From positions 1,856,001 to 1,920,000 of the forward strand of contig OZ242372.1 in assembly GCA_965209035.1 (NCBI GenBank): a stretch of 64,000 nt of DNA. The letters run 5' to 3'. The notes beneath the pieces were generated by a model. That model had not been told where the DNA came from. It searched no databases and was given only the letters and a program-made list of their open reading frames with translations. This document shows positions 50,334 through 59,429 of the stretch, piece after piece. The stretch is from Gammaproteobacteria bacterium. GTDB taxonomy: Bacteria > Pseudomonadota > Gammaproteobacteria > CBDBNL01 > JAAOII01. The position numbers and the translations under genes are program-made. Position 1 is the first letter of the stretch. The number at the start of each line of letters is the position of its first letter.

Positions 50334-51288
50334 GGAGATTCACCCAATTCAATCCCATCAAGCGTTCAATCTTGGTTTCCGACCAGCCGGCCTTTTGCAT
50401 GGCCGCGGTGAGATTCGGAAAATCGCCTATGACACGCATACCCTCGGGGTTGACAATTTCGCCAAACTCCGTCAGTTTGCGTCCGTACCCTTTGTCGCGG
50501 GTAATCCAATCAAAGAAATCGGGACCATAACCCTGGGTGAAATCCGTGCCGATGCCAACCCGCTCCTCGCCGACGATGTTGACCACATAGTCAATGGCGG
50601 CAACATAGTCGCCGACTGTGGAATGGACTCCTTTGGGCAAGAACGGGGCGAACATCGTCACCCCCACAAAGCCGTCCCTTTTGGCGATGAACTTCAGATC
50701 TGCGTCGCTCTTGTTGCGCGGATGCTCCTTTAATCCCGCCGGCAGACAGTGCGAATAGCAGACAGGTTGGCGGGATGCTTCTATGATATCGCGGGCACTC
50801 TTGGCACCCACATGCGAGAGATCGCAAAGGATACCGACCCGATTCATCTCCGCCACAACATCTCTGCCGTAATCGGAAAGGCCTTTGTCTTCTTCGTAGC
50901 AGCCCGTGCAAATTAAATTTTGCGTGTTGTATGCCATTTGAACGATGCTGACACCGACCTGTTTGAACAGGTCTATGTAGCCAAGTTTGTCTTCAAACGC
51001 ATGCGCATTTTGAAAGCCGAGGATGATGCCGGTCTTGTTTTTTTGTTTTGCCGTTCGGATATCCGCCGCCGTTTTTACTTGCGACAGTATTTCCGAATGT
51101 TTGGCAATATGGCCGCGCATGGCGGCAATATTATTCATTGTTTCTTGGAAGCCTTCCCATACGGACACTGTGCAGTTGGCAGCGGTAATGCCGCCGCGTC
51201 GCATGTCCCGGAAAACGGATTCCTCCCAACGAGAGATGATCAAACCGTCTATGACGATGATCCGGTCGTGTAAATTGGTTGTGTTCAT
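50311..51288 (-). CDS. Membrane (renal-type, M19) dipeptidase family protein
   Basis: IDGL, G.TAANCTV, ILGFQN, CDLSHVG, YSHC, HPRNKSD, GIGTDF; first gene of dgc operons. Confidence 0.9.
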   Translation of the reverse strand: MNTTNLHDRIIVIDGLIISRWEESVFRDMRRGGITAANCTVSVWEGFQETMNNIAAMRGHIAKHSEILSQVKTAADIRTAKQKNKTGIILGFQNAHAFEDKLGYIDLFKQVGVSIVQMAYNTQNLICTGCYEEDKGLSDYGRDVVAEMNRVGILCDLSHVGAKSARDIIEASRQPVCYSHCLPAGLKEHPRNKSDADLKFIAKRDGFVGVTMFAPFLPKGVHSTVGDYVAAIDYVVNIVGEERVGIGTDFTQGYGPDFFDWITRDKGYGRKLTEFGEIVNPEGMRVIGDFPNLTAAMQKAGWSETKIERLMGLNWVNLLEEIWGE

Positions 51289-51579
51289 GTTTTTTTGTTT
51301 TTTATTTTTTAATGATTAAATATAGAGATTGGGCTTATTAAAGATAAAAGATTTTTCCATCCTGTTCTCTCGCCATAGAAGTGGAAAAGAGCAGTAGAAA
51401 AGAGCATGGAAAAGAGCATGGAGACGAAAGGCGAAATATAAAAAATAGGAAGACGGGCGCGACTGTTCGCATAAATCGTTTCTTCCCGGTTTCCAAAAAC
51501 ATCTCCAAAAATGTTTCCGGGAAAAACTGCTTCCGTAAAAGTCCATTGGGTTATTTTACCACTTTGGAGAATGTTTTAT

Positions 51580-52329
51580 TTATAAAGAATAAACGGAAAG
51601 AATTTCCGCCGCATCCAACGAGGATCCCCCAACCAGCAGGCCGTCAATGTTCGGTTGGCAGATAAACCCGACCGAGTTGTTGGCCTTGACACTGCCACCG
51701 TAAAGCACGGCCGGCTCATAATCTGTTTGCTGCCGAACATCTTGTTTGATGTTGGTATGAATCTTATTGACGAGTTCGGGAGATGCCGCCAGGCCGGTGC
51801 CAATCGCCCAGACGGGTTCGTAAGCGATCCGGGGCGGATGGGCAATCTTTTTGCCGGCCGACAAAAAACGCAGAAGCGGTCTGAGTTGCTCTTTAAGAAC
51901 GGCGTCCGTCTTGCCGGCACGATATGCGTCTTCTGTTTCTCCTATGCAGAACACGGAAGTGAGATGTTGACTTTCCGCCAGTTCCAATTTGGCAAACAAA
52001 AGGTCATCGTTTTCGTTGAACAGGGCGCGCCTTTCCGAATGTCCTGTGAGAACATAACGGCAACCGAGATCTGCGAGCATGCCGCCGTGCACTTCGCCCG
52101 TGTAGGCACCGCTTCCGTAGGGGCTGAGGTTTTGCCCGCCGAGAAAGATTTCCTGCCGTTCCAATAGTTCGCCGAGAAGTTCACGAAACAAGGAAAGATA
52201 CACAAAGGGCGGACAGATGACAAACCGTCGATCTTCGCGCGGTTCAAACTTTGCTCGGGTTAATTGACACCACTCGGCAATCGCTTGTTGATTGCCGTTT
52301 GATTTCCAGTTGGCGATGATGTATTTCAT
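51580..52329 (-). CDS. tpiA: Triosephosphate isomerase
   Basis: ANWK, GAYTGE, GHSERR, AYEPVWAIGTG, YGGSV, LVGG.SL. Confidence 0.96.
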   Translation of the reverse strand: MKYIIANWKSNGNQQAIAEWCQLTRAKFEPREDRRFVICPPFVYLSLFRELLGELLERQEIFLGGQNLSPYGSGAYTGEVHGGMLADLGCRYVLTGHSERRALFNENDDLLFAKLELAESQHLTSVFCIGETEDAYRAGKTDAVLKEQLRPLLRFLSAGKKIAHPPRIAYEPVWAIGTGLAASPELVNKIHTNIKQDVRQQTDYEPAVLYGGSVKANNSVGFICQPNIDGLLVGGSSLDAAEILSVYSL

Positions 52330-52342
52330 TTTTCGGTAAGGG

Positions 52343-52927
52343 TTATTTTACATTTTTTACGACAGAGGCGGCGGCATTGACTACCGCCCGGGATGTAATA
52401 GTGGCGCCTGTCAGCGAATCAAAATCTCCGCCGTTTTGTTTCAGTTGCCAGACAGTATCCGCGGTGCGGTCATTAAACTGCAGGACCCAGTCGGATTTTT
52501 CGCGGTCAATCTTGTCGCCCAGACCGGGCGTTTCCGAGTGAGCGGTGACGCGCAACGAGACAAGCGAGCCGTTGTTTGCAACGGCGGCGAGCATCTCAAT
52601 GTTACCGCTGTAACCCGCGTCCGTTCTTGCGGGAAGGATCGTCCCGACGGGCACGCCGTTTTTTAGAATGTCATACCCGGCTGTCGGGCTGCCCTTGCCT
52701 GAGAATTGCAACTCGTCCTCCTTGCCAAACGAGGAGCCCAGCACAAGCAGAATCTGCCGCTCGTATTCCGCTTTGCCGCGGGCAATCGGTTCCAGAGTGA
52801 GCACATAAAAAGCGAACACCAAACTCATCGTAAGCAGGGCAAACACACCGAGCGCGGCCGCGTTGGACAGGGGCGGGATGAACGGCGATGTTAATCCGCT
52901 TTTATTCTGTGAGTCTTTGTTTGTCAT
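52343..52927 (-). CDS. rnfG: Rnf complex subunit G
   Basis: N-terminal transmembrane helix, GYSG.I, H.ETPGLGDKI, FD..TGATITSRAV (FMN attachment site). Confidence 0.93.
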   Translation of the reverse strand: MTNKDSQNKSGLTSPFIPPLSNAAALGVFALLTMSLVFAFYVLTLEPIARGKAEYERQILLVLGSSFGKEDELQFSGKGSPTAGYDILKNGVPVGTILPARTDAGYSGNIEMLAAVANNGSLVSLRVTAHSETPGLGDKIDREKSDWVLQFNDRTADTVWQLKQNGGDFDSLTGATITSRAVVNAAASVVKNVK

Positions 52928-53010
52928 ATGTTCCGTCTATTCCATTCCTTTTGGGCTGCCTGTGTTCTTTTTAAATGTTTCAATTTTTTTCTGTGCGGAT
53001 ATTTTGTGTC

Positions 53011-54075
53011 TTATTTTTTGTCAGACTGCCGGGCCGTAGCGCGATAACCGGTCGGCAGAGGGCGCGTATACTTGTCAATGAAGGGGGCCGCCACATTAAA
53101 AAACAGAATCGCAAAAGCAATTGCATCCGCATATCCGCCCCATGTGCGGATGATATATGTCATGATGCCTATGCCGAACCCATAAATGAGCCGGGCCCTG
53201 TAGCCTGTGGCGGCGGATACCGGGTCCGTGGCGATGAAGAACGCGCCGTATAGCCCGGCACCGAACACCAAGTGAAACCAGACGGGCGGGAAAGCGGGGC
53301 CGCCCGACAGATCAAACACTAAACTCGGCAGCAGCAGCCCGGCCAAAAGTGCCAGCGGGATGTGCCAGGTGATGATTCTTTTCCAAAGTAGCCAGGCACC
53401 GCCCAGGACAGACATCAGATTCATTAAGAGAAACGCGGGCAGTGAATGTGCGGGGGAATGTGCGGGGGAATGCGCGGAGGAATGTGCGGAGGCATCTCCC
53501 GAACTCCACCATGTGCCAAATACCGGCTTCGCCTCCTGCTGAAAGACACCGCGATAAGCATCCAAGGCGGTAGCGCCTGTCATGCCGTCCGGTGCGGTCG
53601 CATCGCCGATCAATTTTAGTCGTAAGAGAGTCAGATCATTCAGGTAGATTAGCAATTTGGGTTCCAGCCAAGAAGTCATCGCAACGGGGAAACTTAAAAG
53701 AAGCATCGCATAGGCGAGCATGGCCGGATTGAACGGGTTGTTTCCCAGGCCGCCGTATATGTGCTTGCCGATCACTATCATAAACACGGCACCCAAGGCG
53801 AGTTCCGCAGGAGGTAACTGGGGAGGCAGACAAAGTGCGAGCAGGACACCGCCGACAAGGGCGCTCAGATCCGCAAGGGCGTCCGGGATGTTCTTGCGGG
53901 CGATGGCAAGGCAGGCGACCTCCGTGGCAAGAGCGACCGCACAGATCACGAGAATGTTGATTAGGACACCCCAGCCAAAAAATAAAATCTGTGCAACAGT
54001 TAAAGGCAGGACAGCCAGTAAGACATGCAGCATCACCTGTGTCACTGTCGTTTGTTTGGAAATTTTGCCCGGCAT
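53011..54075 (-). CDS. rnfD: Rnf complex subunit D
   Basis: KH.YGGLG.NPFNPAM, DG.TGATAL (FMN site), GAFFIATDPVS, IR.WGGY.D. Confidence 0.93.
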   Translation of the reverse strand: MPGKISKQTTVTQVMLHVLLAVLPLTVAQILFFGWGVLINILVICAVALATEVACLAIARKNIPDALADLSALVGGVLLALCLPPQLPPAELALGAVFMIVIGKHIYGGLGNNPFNPAMLAYAMLLLSFPVAMTSWLEPKLLIYLNDLTLLRLKLIGDATAPDGMTGATALDAYRGVFQQEAKPVFGTWWSSGDASAHSSAHSPAHSPAHSLPAFLLMNLMSVLGGAWLLWKRIITWHIPLALLAGLLLPSLVFDLSGGPAFPPVWFHLVFGAGLYGAFFIATDPVSAATGYRARLIYGFGIGIMTYIIRTWGGYADAIAFAILFFNVAAPFIDKYTRPLPTGYRATARQSDKK

Positions 54076-54206
54076 TTTTTATTGGTATTACTTATAAGTT
54101 ATAAAGGATTTTGATATGGGTTGTGCAAAACGCCAAGGGCAGTGACGGTAATCATTGGAAAAAGTGAGTGCCCGATTGATGATGTGTCTTGCTACCCGGT
54201 TGCGTG

Positions 54207-54314
54207 CAAGGACTTAATGCGTTAGGACGTTATGGTGTTAGGGTCAATGTCTTTGTGAGAAAGGCCACTGCCGATCACAAGGACTTAATGCGTTAGGACG
54301 TTATGGTGTTAGGG
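54207..54314. repeat. Perfect 37-bp direct repeat pair with a 34-bp unique spacer
   Basis: CAAGGACTTAATGCGTTAGGACGTTATGGTGTTAGGG at 54207-54243 and 54278-54314; the second copy contains the mcrC stop codon. Confidence 0.9.
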
Positions 54315-55759
54315 CCTGCAGGGGATGGATGTTGTGATGCCTGTTTGATGATTGTTTTCAGTTCCTTTTCTGTTTTTATTAGAACCTTATTGGCCGGTCC
54401 TGCCTCCAATGCCGATGACAGGTCGACCGGAACGATGTACAAATCAAGCCCGCGGTTCAAATTGTCGGCGTTTTGTTGTTTCATTTCTTCGAAAGGCTCG
54501 CGTAAATGAACAGTGTCCTGAAAGTTCTTGTTCTCCGGGTAAAGCAGTGCCAAGGACACAGGTCGTTTTTCCGCACGTGCATAACGCATACCATAAGAAT
54601 ACAGTTGATAAAGATCCGCCTGCGAGATGCCATAATTGCTTTCCTTGTTTTTCGTATTGATGATTTTCCACTTGGTATCCAGTATGAGGAGTGCCCGGTT
54701 GTCGGGTGAATTTTTGGGGGACCCGGGTCGCATCACCATATCCGGCCTCATTTGAAAACTGATTCCGTTACTTTTCTTTTCTTTCATTAAATAGTGACTT
54801 TGGTCTTGCGATTTGAGATTGTAGTTTTGATCTTGCGCGAAGCCGGACAACTTTTCGGCAACATAGCATTCAAAGACATCGTGCATCTGAAACAGAAGAG
54901 AATACAGTTTTTGTTGTGCCCGCCAACCGGCCGGATGCCATCTTGACAAAATAAGACGCGCCAGCTTTAGCGGGGTGGTGTAGTAATCGCGGATGTTGCG
55001 TTGCAGATGGATGCGTTTGTCCTCTTCCCGCCAATCCTGTGCCTGTGTATGTGTAATAGAGCGGACACCGTCAAAATAAGGAAGGATCTGCATCATCTTA
55101 TTGCGAGTCGCCGTATTCTTTGCCAACATTAATCCTACTTCTATGGCGGCCCTGATGACCCGATTGACCGGCCTGTCCGGGGTGAATTCGTCATACCGGA
55201 CATAAAATCGCTCCTTGTGTGCGAAGTTATGACGCAGATGTTGGTTCATATCCAACTTGCCTTTGAATCGGTATAGGTTATCTTCCCTGGTGACATAGGC
55301 ACGTGCCAGGCCGCGGCGCAGCAGTTTGGTAACCTCCGCATGCAACAGAATTAACAAGAAATCCATCAACGGCAAGTTCTTATGGGTCTCAATATGGACA
55401 TCGTCAATTTGAATCATCTTGTCTCTTGCCAAATAGGCAGCAAGCATCTTGAGAAAGATTTCGCGTGTGTCTTCGTCTTTTTCCGGTTGAGATTTCTTTT
55501 CCGCAGACTGTCCCAGATCAATTTTGGGCAGAACTTCTACCGACGTGCCACCCGGGGTTTCTATGGTGCCGACGAATCCGCGAGCTTGTAACTTCTGATC
55601 TCCTATGCCAAAGAGTTGTTTGGCGTGTTCGTCGTTATATTTGCAAAGACAAGTTTTTAATTCTTTAAAGCGTGTTTTGTTAAGGCGTTCTTTGCCAATG
55701 TTTTTACTGCTTGAATGAATGTACCCAAACTCTCTGACAGTTAAATGGAAGCCGCTCAT
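54293..55759 (-). CDS. mcrC: McrC-family PD-(D/E)xK nuclease subunit
   Basis: FVG.I.......EVLPKI, LRRGL...Y...E.NL...KGKL, YDEF..DRP.NR, LF.M..VFE.YV, RPD...ILDTKWK, ADLYQL.SY. Confidence 0.9.
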   Translation of the reverse strand: MSGFHLTVREFGYIHSSSKNIGKERLNKTRFKELKTCLCKYNDEHAKQLFGIGDQKLQARGFVGTIETPGGTSVEVLPKIDLGQSAEKKSQPEKDEDTREIFLKMLAAYLARDKMIQIDDVHIETHKNLPLMDFLLILLHAEVTKLLRRGLARAYVTREDNLYRFKGKLDMNQHLRHNFAHKERFYVRYDEFTPDRPVNRVIRAAIEVGLMLAKNTATRNKMMQILPYFDGVRSITHTQAQDWREEDKRIHLQRNIRDYYTTPLKLARLILSRWHPAGWRAQQKLYSLLFQMHDVFECYVAEKLSGFAQDQNYNLKSQDQSHYLMKEKKSNGISFQMRPDMVMRPGSPKNSPDNRALLILDTKWKIINTKNKESNYGISQADLYQLYSYGMRYARAEKRPVSLALLYPENKNFQDTVHLREPFEEMKQQNADNLNRGLDLYIVPVDLSSALEAGPANKVLIKTEKELKTIIKQASQHPSPAGPNTITS

Positions 55760-57894
55760 CCGTTGTCATCGTCCGATTTTTTGTTCTCTGCGTTTTTATA
55801 GATTTCTTGATAACTTCCCGGCTTATTTAAAACATCTTTTAACTCCTGTCCTTCGCGGAGCATCATCTTGCCTTCTTTTGTCTTGCAAAAACCCTTACCC
55901 AGAATCTCGGCAATATCATCGTCTTGTTCGAAATAATACTCTCGTAAAAGGGGGATGATGTTATGTTCAAAGATCTCTTGTAGTTTTTCGAAAGCGTCTT
56001 TTCCGGATAATTGTTTAAGTTTTAAAAAATAACTGTGACCAATTTGGTGATCCCGGTCCAGAAGTTTCTTAATTTTTTTATTGATCTGTTCGAGAAGTTT
56101 TTCGATTTCTATGCCTTCGATATTTACTTCTTTTAAGAGCGTAGGATCCGGCATCACTTCCTCAAAATGAAACCTGCGTCTTAGTGCCGTGTCCAGAAAG
56201 GCAATAGACCTATCCGCCGTATTCATCGTGCCGATTATATAGAGATTGTTTGGGACACCAAATAACTCCTGAGAATAAGGCAGAGTGACGCTTAATGCTT
56301 CGTCATTCCCGATGCGTTTGTCCTCTTCCAACAGAGTAATTAATTCGCCCAGAATTTTGGAAATGTTTCCGCGGTTAATCTCGTCAATAATCAAGACATA
56401 GTTTCCCGGTAAGACATCGCTTTGTTTATATTCTTTAAGGTCTAACTTCTCACGCATGTAATCATAAACTCCACGGACATAAGAAGGAAAATGACCGTCG
56501 TATTCACCGGTCATATATAGTGTTCTTACCCCTTCTATGGATACAGGTATGGGTACAGGGTTTGGATTATTGTTCGTGCTACTCTCGGGTATGATGTAAA
56601 AAGTGTTTTTACTTTTATCCACTATATTAAATTTTTTCTTGTGCCAAATAGTTGCAAAACCCGATAAAATCTTATTTTTGGATTCTTGGCGCAATTCTTC
56701 TATACTCTCAATTGCGTCGCCAAAATAATCTTCTTCGCCTCTTTGTGCAATACTACAAATTTCTTTGAATATACCCGGTTCAACTCTATAAGCAATATTC
56801 CCTTCAACCATCTTCGGCTTGATACCTTCCACAAAATCTTCATAGCCATAACTCTGATGAAATGTTACAAACCTAATCTTGCCTTCATCTCTTAGTTCTT
56901 CATAGCGAGTATTAATACTTTTTCTGTCTCCCGGGATATCCGGTCCGTCAATAATTTTTACCGCTATTTCTTTGGTAATATAAGTTTTGCCTGTCCCCGG
57001 AGGGCCTTGCAAAATCTGATTTAGCGGATATGCGATCTCCGTATCATGATTTTGTATCTCACCGGGTCGCCATTTCTTTTTTAATTCGGGCTGGTAAAAA
57101 GTAAAGCCATTTTTCCATTTTTCTTCTTTGGCAAGGTCATTTCTTATGTCAAAGAGCATACGATCAATCTCTATCTTGGTTTTGTGAGTGGCAGACTCTT
57201 TGGCAAAGGTTTTTACAATTTGACGCTTGGGATCAATGGCCACAATCGCTTCATATGTATCCGGGAACAGGGTGTAAAGAAGGGCATGGCGAGTAGTGCG
57301 GTTCATTGTTATGGGTAAACTTTTTTTCTCTTGTTCTTTTTCCCATCTCTCTAGATATTCTCCAAACTTCCACGCATCGCTTAGCAATGCCTCTTTTTCT
57401 GTCCGGTTTTTGGATGTCCATTTCTGAAAGAAAAGAATGAAATAGTAGAGTTCGCGATGGATATGTGTTTGGAAACCGGTCCCTATCCCTATGAGACCAC
57501 CCAGTGTGTCTGTCAAGTGATACTGTTGAATTTTTATTTTCTTGTCATCCAATTCTTCACCGGACCATCTCCAAATTTCTTTGATTTTTTTTATTTTTGT
57601 TTCCGGTTTTCCGTTTTTTAGAAGATACATGATCCAATAAATTTCAGCCATTAATTGCTTTACTTCTCCGGGGGCATATTCTAAATGAGATTTCAATTTC
57701 TCTATAAAAGTTCCGGTGCCGGTGTCCAAGTTTTCGATAAAGGCATTTTGCAAACCGACGTTAAAGTTCTCATGTGTCCAGAGTTCCTTGTCCGTGAAAA
57801 CAGATTTGTTGTTGAGGAGGCAGCGGTCTTTCCAGTATTCGGCTGCTGTTAATACGGGTGTGGAGTCTGCTCCTTCCCAAATGTATCGTGACAT
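55756..57894 (-). CDS. mcrB: McrB-family GTPase with uncharacterised N-terminal recognition domain
   Basis: NQILQGPPGTGKT, TFHQSY.YEDFVEG, LIIDEINRGN, GTMNTADRS, ALRRRF, IGHSYF; 4-bp overlap with mcrC. Confidence 0.92.
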   Translation of the reverse strand: MSRYIWEGADSTPVLTAAEYWKDRCLLNNKSVFTDKELWTHENFNVGLQNAFIENLDTGTGTFIEKLKSHLEYAPGEVKQLMAEIYWIMYLLKNGKPETKIKKIKEIWRWSGEELDDKKIKIQQYHLTDTLGGLIGIGTGFQTHIHRELYYFILFFQKWTSKNRTEKEALLSDAWKFGEYLERWEKEQEKKSLPITMNRTTRHALLYTLFPDTYEAIVAIDPKRQIVKTFAKESATHKTKIEIDRMLFDIRNDLAKEEKWKNGFTFYQPELKKKWRPGEIQNHDTEIAYPLNQILQGPPGTGKTYITKEIAVKIIDGPDIPGDRKSINTRYEELRDEGKIRFVTFHQSYGYEDFVEGIKPKMVEGNIAYRVEPGIFKEICSIAQRGEEDYFGDAIESIEELRQESKNKILSGFATIWHKKKFNIVDKSKNTFYIIPESSTNNNPNPVPIPVSIEGVRTLYMTGEYDGHFPSYVRGVYDYMREKLDLKEYKQSDVLPGNYVLIIDEINRGNISKILGELITLLEEDKRIGNDEALSVTLPYSQELFGVPNNLYIIGTMNTADRSIAFLDTALRRRFHFEEVMPDPTLLKEVNIEGIEIEKLLEQINKKIKKLLDRDHQIGHSYFLKLKQLSGKDAFEKLQEIFEHNIIPLLREYYFEQDDDIAEILGKGFCKTKEGKMMLREGQELKDVLNKPGSYQEIYKNAENKKSDDDNG

Positions 57895-58214
57895 AATGAT
57901 TTTTATTTTTCTATTTCTTAATGTTTAATCCGCCATTCAGTTAATGGCGGTGATAGATGTATTTTACTCGTTTTTCGGGGGGCAAGCATTTTGAGTGGCT
58001 TCTTTCATATATAACAAACTTTATTCGTTTGGCTTCATATATACCTCATATTCAAAGTATTTTTTCCAATGCAACTTAATCATGCAACCTACACACAACT
58101 TGGGGGGAGTTTTTACGCAAACAAACCGGAAACAAACGAAGCAAGATGCATCTGAACAAAACCGGTTTCTCGGTCTTTGGGTTTATTCACTTGAAGCGAT
58201 CACGAACAGGGTTT

Positions 58215-59168
58215 TTATGCCTTACTGCCATATAGTGCTTTATACAATTTATGCCACTTTTCCTTATATCCCGCTTCGTAAAAGTCAAAGCTTTTTTTCG
58301 CGCTGTTATTTACAAATAGTTTATTCTCTTCTTCTTTGCGTATCAGATACAGTAATTTGTCGTTTTCCAGTCTGTTCTCGCTCTTTTCTTTCGCCTCGTT
58401 TATTCTGCCCCATGCTATTATGATCGCCGCATGATGGCTTCGGTGCAGTATTCGTTCATAGTAATCCGGGAATAGGAGATACAACAGGGCGTGGCGAATT
58501 GCGGTGTTGTATAGTTTGATAGTTGAACCCTGTTGCCGCGTCTCCCGCTCCACCCGAACACTGTGCGATTCTTCCCATGTTTGCAAGTATTTGCCAAACT
58601 TCCAAGGATTGCAACATTCCCGTGGATCTCCCCATAACAAGTCCTCTTGTTCTGTCTGGGATTTTGACTTCCAATCCTGTAACCAAAGAGTGCAATAGTA
58701 TAGTCCTTGCCATGCATAATCAATAATGATTTTGAACTCGGCAATTCCATCCTGCAGACAATCAAGGAGCATCTTGTTTATTCGTCCTGTTTCGGGGAAA
58801 ATTTCCTTCGGGCCCGACCATTCCCATATTGTTTTAATGTCTTGGATTTTACTATCCTTTCTTTTGGTGTAGTTTGGCAACATTAACATCATGAACCAGT
58901 AGATTTCGGCGACCAGTTGTTTTACTTCCGGCGGGGCGGATTTTAACTGATTCTCCAAACTCCCAATGAAATGACCTCTTTTAATGTTCAAGTTTTCAAT
59001 ATAGTGGGTTTGCAAATGTTTAAAGTTCTCCGGCGTCCAGAGTTCCTTATCCGTGAAAACGGATTTGTTGGCGAGCAGGCATCTGTTTTTCCAGTATTCC
59101 ACCGCATTCAGAATAGGGGTTATGTTTTTGTCTTCCCCATTCTCATCTTTCCCAATGTAACGAGCCAT
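58215..59168 (-). CDS. Stand-alone paralogue of the McrB N-terminal domain (no GTPase)
   Basis: Colinear with McrB residues ~1-277: EYWK.RCLL.NKSVFTDKELWT.ENF, EVKQL.AEIYW, WKFG.YL..WE, RHALLY.LFPD.YE.I, F.FY......KW. Confidence 0.85.
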   Translation of the reverse strand: MARYIGKDENGEDKNITPILNAVEYWKNRCLLANKSVFTDKELWTPENFKHLQTHYIENLNIKRGHFIGSLENQLKSAPPEVKQLVAEIYWFMMLMLPNYTKRKDSKIQDIKTIWEWSGPKEIFPETGRINKMLLDCLQDGIAEFKIIIDYAWQGLYYCTLWLQDWKSKSQTEQEDLLWGDPRECCNPWKFGKYLQTWEESHSVRVERETRQQGSTIKLYNTAIRHALLYLLFPDYYERILHRSHHAAIIIAWGRINEAKEKSENRLENDKLLYLIRKEEENKLFVNNSAKKSFDFYEAGYKEKWHKLYKALYGSKA

Positions 59169-59429
59169 AATTTATATTCTTTTGTGATGTAAATGTATTA
59201 CTTAAATTCCCGGTTAATTTGCATCTGCGATATTGATGTAAAGCATTGTAAGAGGATAACGGCAAAAATCCGGCAAGATCCGACACAACATACTATCTGT
59301 GAAATGTCCCTGTGATACCAAATGGGAACAGAGTTTCGTCGTTTTAGCCATTAGGGCAATATTTTAGTTAAGTTAAAATGGTGTGATGGAATATAAAGTT
59401 TTCTACGCAAGACCCCTGTTTTATTATTG

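Noticed and set aside
54207-54314. Formal CRISPR, integron attC or dif call for the 37-bp repeats
   Set aside because: Only two repeats, no cas or intI, no extended attC palindrome and a poor match to dif. Kept as an unexplained repeat finding.
57995-58423. 142-aa plus-strand ORF between mcrB and its paralogue
   Set aside because: Overlaps the paralogue antisense; atypical composition and no motif.
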